Assembly: GCF_006345805.1 (NCBI RefSeq)
Contig: NW_021836809.1
Span: forward strand, 1 to 44,225
Origin: Octopus sinensis
Taxonomy: Eukaryota
Length of the DNA: 44,225 nucleotides
Direction: 5' to 3'
In this document: positions 38,315-44,225 of the stretch, piece after piece
Layout of the letters: each line of letters begins with the position of its first letter
How positions within the stretch are numbered: the first letter of the stretch is position 1
Notes under the pieces: model-generated
What the model was told of the DNA's origin: nothing
The model's input: the letters and a program-made list of their open reading frames with translations, nothing else
Database searches by the model: none
Translations under genes and position numbers: made by a program

Positions 38315-38633
38315 CATATATATATATATATATGTAATATATATATATATAATATATGTTATATATATATATAGATATATATAGTATGTATGTTGTATAT
38401 TTATGTGTGTATATAAAAAGTTATAATTTTATCTTTCCTTGGATAGAAATAGTTTCAACAGGTCAATGTCTTGCCTAGATACTCCTCCTCCTCTCCACTC
38501 TTCATTTAGAGTCTACTCTTGTGTGAGTATTTATAATACGATTTTGAAAATTATATAATTTTCTAATTATATAAGTAAGCTTCATTGTAAAATTAAATAA
38601 TTACACGTGGACACGCAAATGCATATTTATACA

Positions 38634-38688
<55 letters not shown>

Positions 38689-38704
38689 TATATAATATAT
38701 ATAT

Positions 38705-38747
<43 letters not shown>

Positions 38748-38858
38748 AGATAGATAGATAGATGATAGATATATATATGTATAAATATCTGTCCATATGT
38801 GTATGTATATGTATATGTATAGTGTATATGTTTGTGTGTTGGTATATATGTACATATA

Positions 38859-39360
38859 TATGGTTTTGACTCTCGCAGTGAGGAGGGAACCAGGCTGCTG
38901 GAGTTCTGCGATGCAAATGATCTTATGGTTTGCAACACTAACTACAGGGAACCTACCAATCACCTAGTCACCTACTAATCTGGTACACATACCAGCCAAA
39001 TTGACTACATCCTTGCCAGAAAAAGGGAAATATGGCTGCTTATAAATGCCAAAACCTTCCCAGGTGAAGAATGTACCCCTCAACATAGACTAGTAGTTAG
39101 CGACTTCAGGATCGGGGTTAAATGGATGCCCAGATGACGACCAGCTTGGAGGTGAAGGGTTTGGGAGCTTAAAAATCCTGCGAATGGACAGAGATTTAGA
39201 AATGTATTACACAAAGCTTTTGACGAAATAGGGGTGGGATATAGCATCACATGATGTGAAAAACAACAGGAGGTTTCCAAGGGACAACCTACTGACCAGA
39301 TCTGTGGATGGCGCAAAGTCCCCTCTTGACCTAAGGTAACATGGTATTGGAACACTGTTG
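38859..39360 (+). pseudogene. RTE-type LINE APE endonuclease fragment
   Basis: YGFDSRSEEGTRLLEFCDANDLMVCNT...LVTY*SG...SQIDYIL...PGEECTPQHRLVVSDF, with several stops. Part of it is duplicated at ~41698-41831. Confidence 0.85.
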
Positions 39361-39402
39361 TTCACAGGTCCAGCATGCTAACAATTCAGCCAGATCGCCA
39401 CC

Positions 39403-39472
<70 letters not shown>

Positions 39473-39482
39473 TATAATAATA

Positions 39483-39977
39483 AACTTCAGACAAAGAACA
39501 TACCTCCTCATTGATATGACTGTCCCAATCGATATAAACGTATCTGTCAAGACCTACCAAAAACTGAGCAAATATAAAGATCTTGAAATAGAACTCAGCA
39601 AAATGTGGAACCTGAAAACTAAAATAATACCTGTTGTCATAGGTGCCCTGGGAATGATAACGAAAGGGGCTGATTGCTACCTAACTCAGATACCAGGAAA
39701 CCCAAAAATGGCAGAAATTCAAAAGATAGTGCTCATGGGAACTGCTCATATCCTACGCAAAATACTTTCTATGTAATCTCAGGGTTTAAAACAAACATAA
39801 TTTTCGTTTTTATTTTTTTGGGGGCATTCACTAGTACAACACCAAAAAAAAACCCCAAATATGTGGCACACTAGGCATAACAACAACATGAACTACCAAC
39901 CTGTTGTCTCTTGAGGTCTCTGAGTGAGACTTGGAGCCAACTTGTACAAATATAAAGCAAAAGTCAAACATAGAATA
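39483..39977 (+). pseudogene. 3' fragment of the R4/Dong-like element
   Basis: LLIDMTVPIDINVSVKTYQKLSKYKDLEIE...GTAHILRKILSM* followed by the UTR, starting in (TAA)n. Confidence 0.88.
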
Positions 39978-40048
39978 ATCATCATCATCATCATCATCGT
40001 TTAGTGTCCGCTTTCCATGCTAGCATGGATTGGACTATGAAGACTAAA

Positions 40049-40405
40049 AGTGGAACCTGAAGACTAAAACAATACCTGTTGTCATAGGTGCCCTGGGAAT
40101 GATAGCAAAAGGGGCTGATTGCTACCTAACTCAGATACCAGGAAACCCCAAAATGGCAGAAATTCAAAAGATAGTGCTCATGGGAACTGCTCATATCCTA
40201 CGCAAAATACTTTCTATGTAATCTCAGGGTTTAAAACAAACATAATTTTCGTTTTTATTTTTTTGGGGGCATTCACCAAAAAAACCCCCAAATATATGGC
40301 ACACTAGGCATAACAACAACATGAACTACCAACCTGTTGTCTCTTGAGGTCTCTGAGTGAGACTTGGAGCCAACTTGTACAAATATAAAGCAAAAGTCAA
40401 ACATA

Positions 40406-40409
<4 letters not shown>
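40049..40409 (+). mobile_element. 3' fragment of the R4/Dong-like element, tandem to the previous copy
   Basis: Shares UTR variants with 39483-39977 and has a (TAA)n tail. Confidence 0.85.
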
Positions 40410-40440
<31 letters not shown>

Positions 40441-41168
40441 GGCACAGGAGTGGCTGTGTGGTAAGTAGCTTGCTAAACAACCACATGGTTCCGGGTTCAG
40501 TCCCACTGCGTGGCATCTTGGGCAAGTGTCTTCTGCTATAGCCGCGGGCCGACCAATGCCTTGTGAGTGGATTTGGTAGACGGAAACTGAAAGAAGCCTG
40601 TCGTATATATGTATATATATATATGTATGTGTGTGTGTTTGTGTGTCTGTGTTTGTCCCCCTAGCATTGCTTGACAACCGATGCTGGTGTGTTTACGTCC
40701 CCGTCACTTAGCAGTTCGGCAAAAGAGACTGATTGAATAAGTACTGGGCTTATAAAGAATAAGTCCCGGGGTCGATTTGCTCGACTAAAGGCGGTGCTCC
40801 AGCATGGCCACAGTCAAATGACTGAAACAAGTAAAAGAGTAAAAGAGTAAAAGAGTGGCTGTGTGGTAAGGAGTGTGAGTGGATTTGGTAGACGGAAACT
40901 GAAAGAAGCCCATCGTATATATGTATATATATATATGTATGTGTGTGTGTTTGTGTGTCTGTGTTTGTCCCCCTAGCATTGCTTGACAACCGATGCTGGT
41001 GTGTTTACGTCCCCGTCACTTAGCGGTTCGGCAAAAGAGACTGATAGAATAAGTACTGGGCTTATAAAGAATAAGTCCCGGGGTCGATTTGCTCGACTAA
41101 AGGCGGTGCTCCAGCATGGCCGCAGTCAAATGACTGAAACAAGTAAAAGAGTAAAAGAGTAAAAGAGT
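40441..41168 (+). mobile_element. Tandem SINE A dimer, second copy with a head deletion
   Basis: The tail AAAAGAGT joins directly to the head GGCTGTGTGG at ~40853. The bodies are nearly identical. Confidence 0.9.
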
Positions 41169-41867
41169 ATAGATAAAAATGTTGAATGTTTTGGTACGTG
41201 ACTTTTGGTCTTTTCCTGTACATAAGAACGGCTCTCTCGGATATGTTCTAGTTTTTTTGTTTTTTCGAGGAATGCAATATGTGTTTACTCTAAAATTCAC
41301 CTGCTATTTTTAGCATGTCAAACTAACCAACTAACCAACCACCTAGAGGCTCTTTCCTTCTTTCATACACTTATCCAACATTCAGCAACCCACAAAAAGA
41401 AGCCCCCAAGCAGCTCAGATCGCCCTCGTGACAGGCGCAGATACATAACACTGTACAGAAAAAGGAAACGAAAGTATTGGATTTATGCAATTGTTAAGTA
41501 CTTTGAAATATTTCAAGTGGTTTCCGGCTATTTACAGATTAAACTGGGACTATTTGGAAGCCAAGCCTCTTTCATGGCTGCTGGTGTCTTTATGCGTTGC
41601 CATTGTGACTGGACTGTTGGTTTTTGATGTTGATGACCTCACAGTTGTTTTTAAGTTTTAGGTCAATCTGCAAGACCCCTGATGTGGAAGACAGCTGGAG
41701 GTTTCTAAGGGCAACCTACTGACCAGATCTGTGGATGGTGCAATGTCCCCTCTTGACCTAAGGTAACATGGTATTGGAACACAATTGTTCACAGGTCCAG
41801 CATGCTAACAATTCAGCCAGCTTGCCACCTAAGTCTGGTTCTAAGTCTGATTATCTGGACTTATATT

Positions 41868-42036
41868 TGGCGTTAGGAAGGGCATCATTGGCGTTAGGAA
41901 GGGCATCCAGCCGTAGAAACACTGCCAGATTTGACTGGGCCTGACGAAGCCTTCTGGCTTCACAGACCCCAGTAGAACCGTCCAACCCATGCTAGCGTGG
42001 AAAACGGACGCTAAACGATGATGATGATGATGATGA
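41868..42036 (+). mobile_element. SINE D, 3' end
   Basis: TTGGCGTTAGGAAGGGCATC is duplicated at the start, and there is a (GAT)n tail. Confidence 0.8.
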
Positions 42037-42104
42037 TATTCAAATATGGTGTATCAAGGACTATCTCAATAAATGTGTCCTTCTTTGCTTTTGTTGTTGC
42101 TGTG

Positions 42105-42836
42105 GCTGTTTGTTTGTTTGTTTGTTTGTTTGTTTATTGAGTGAAGTGGTCATCGTCCCAGAGCTCGCAAGATCACGCCTCAGGATTGTCTGTAGTGGGA
42201 GAAGTCCGAAAAACGTGGTCCTTTGCTATTCGTAAGACCCGCAGAAGAGAAAGCAGGTCAACCCGCGACACACCGAGAGCATCGACGATTGGATGAATGC
42301 GCATCCAGGCTCAGCAGTTGCATAAGAAGTCGGGGACAAGAAACAAGAAGAAAGAGTGAGAGAAAGTCCTTTGCTATTTGTAAGACCCGCAGAAGAGAAA
42401 GCAGGTCAACCCCCGACACACCGAGAGCATCGACGGATGGATGAATGCGCATCCAGGCTCAGCAGTTGCATAAGAAGTCGGGGACAAGAAACAAGAAGAA
42501 AGAGTGAGAGAAAGTCCTTTGCTATTTGTAAGACCCGCAGAAGAGAAAGCAGGTCAACCCCCGACACACCGAGAGCATCGACGATTGGATGAATGCGCAT
42601 CCAGGCTCAGCAGTTGCGTAGGAAGTCGGGGACAAGAAACAGGAAGAAAGAGTGAGAGAAAGTTGGGGTGAAAGAGTACAACAGGGGTCACCACCCCACC
42701 CACCCCTGCCGGAGCCTTGTGGAGATTTTAGGTGTTTTCGCTCAATAAACACACACAACGCCCGGTCTGGGAATCAAAACCGCAATCCTCCGACCGCGAG
42801 TCTGCTGCCCTAACCACTGGGCCATTGTGCCTCCAC
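42105..42836 (-). mobile_element. SINE C (tail type iii) with three internal 148-bp tandem units
   Basis: tRNA head at 42836, units starting at 42218, 42366 and 42514, and an AATAAAC(AAAC)n tail. Confidence 0.85.
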
Positions 42837-43368
42837 TGTTGTTGTTGTTACTGTTTATTAGCCTGTCGCAGGCTAATAAACTGATCTGGAAGACCCCTAA
42901 ATGAGACTTGTTCTAACTGTGATCATCTGGGATTATATTCAGACATGGTGTATCTAGGAGTACCTTAAGAAATGTGTCCCTCCTTGTTCATATTGTGACT
43001 GGGCTGCTGGTGGGTTGCTGTTTTTAAGTCCCAGGTCAATACTAACATGGAAAACCCCTAGACCAAACGTGCTCACACTGTGATCATTCAAACATGGTGT
43101 ATCTAGGACTATCTTAATAAATGTGTCCCTCCTTGTTTTTGTTGTTGTTGTCACTGTCTATTGGCCTGTCCCAGTAAGGAATTTGATGAGGGGGAAATTT
43201 GGCTTTTGGCTACATAGAAGCTCCCTATTTTTTCTAAGAAAGTCCCTATTTTAAAACCCTTTTGTTACCATATTTATGTCGATATACATTGCCTTTACCA
43301 TTAAGCTGTTGTTTGGAACGTAAATTAAATTGGAATTCTGATGAGAGAAGGTTTTAATTGAAATCACT

Positions 43369-44225
43369 TTAACCCTGGAGCGTTCAGATTACCCTGTCAA
43401 ATGTAATGCTTATTTATTTATATTGCTTTGAATTAATCATGAATTATCTCGCAGCTTTGAGATTTCAGTGATGTGATTGTTTGTTTTTAGAATGACATTG
43501 TAGGGTAGGTGCAAGGGGCTAGATCTGGCCAGTCTAACCCTTTAGCTTTCAGATTACTCTTATTTATATTAATCATGAATTATCTCATAGCTTTGAGATT
43601 ACAATAATGTGATTGTTTATTTTTAGAATGACATTGTAGGGTAGGTGCAAGGGGCTAGATCTGGCCAGTTTAACCCTTTAGCTTTCAGATTACTCTTATT
43701 TATATTAATCATGAATTATCTCATAGCTTTGAGATTACAATAATGTGATTGTTTATTTTTAGAATGACATTGTAGGGTAGGTGCAAGGGGCTAGATCTGG
43801 CCAGTTTAACCCTTTAGCTTTCAGATTACTCTTATTTATATTAATCATGAATTATTTCGTAGCTTTGAGATTTCTGTGATGTGATTGCTTATGTTTAGAA
43901 TGACATTGTAGGGTAGGTGCAAGGGGCTAGATCTGGCCAGTTTAACCCTTTAGCTTTCAGATTACTCTTATTTATATTAATCATGAATTATCTCATAGCT
44001 TTGAGATTACAATAATGTGATTGTTTATTTTTAGAATGACATTGTAGGGTAGGTGCAAGGGGCTAGATCTGGCCAGTTTAACCCTTTAGCTTTCAGATTA
44101 CTCTTATTTATATTAATCATGAATTATTTCGTAGCTTTGAGATTTCTGTGATGTGATTGCTTATGTTTAGAATGACATTGTAGGGTAGTGTGAGAGGCCA
44201 GATCTGGTCAGTTTCAAGTAAAACA
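43369..44225. repeat. 136-bp tandem repeat derived from a piggyBac-type MITE end
   Basis: Units begin (T)TAACCCTTTAGC at 43535, 43671, 43807, 43943 and 44079. A longer progenitor-like unit starts at ~43369. Confidence 0.9.

Overview
This is a eukaryotic, AT-rich window saturated with microsatellites and transposons. The SINE and microsatellite make-up suggests a cephalopod (Octopus-like) genome, which is an inference. No intact long host CDS is visible, and almost all ORFs in the track are translated microsatellites or SINEs. Recognisable content: (1) a young Penelope-like element (PLE) remnant with a GIY-YIG ORF between ~470-bp inverted arms, each arm carrying a hammerhead ribozyme (HHR); (2) further HHR and HHR-like motifs in short non-coding elements, including a canonical-core HHR in a ~200-bp unit bounded by 13-bp direct repeats, a family with a non-canonical core, and one HHR split by a SINE; (3) five 3' fragments of an R4/Dong-like restriction-like-endonuclease (RLE) retrotransposon at (TAA)n tracts; (4) RTE, RTE-X-like, CR1 and Tc1 fragments, one with a twin-priming-type inversion; (5) at least four SINE families, piggyBac-type MITEs and satellites derived from them; (6) weak evidence for small exons of a minus-strand host gene. 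All calls were made by eye, and element boundaries are approximate.
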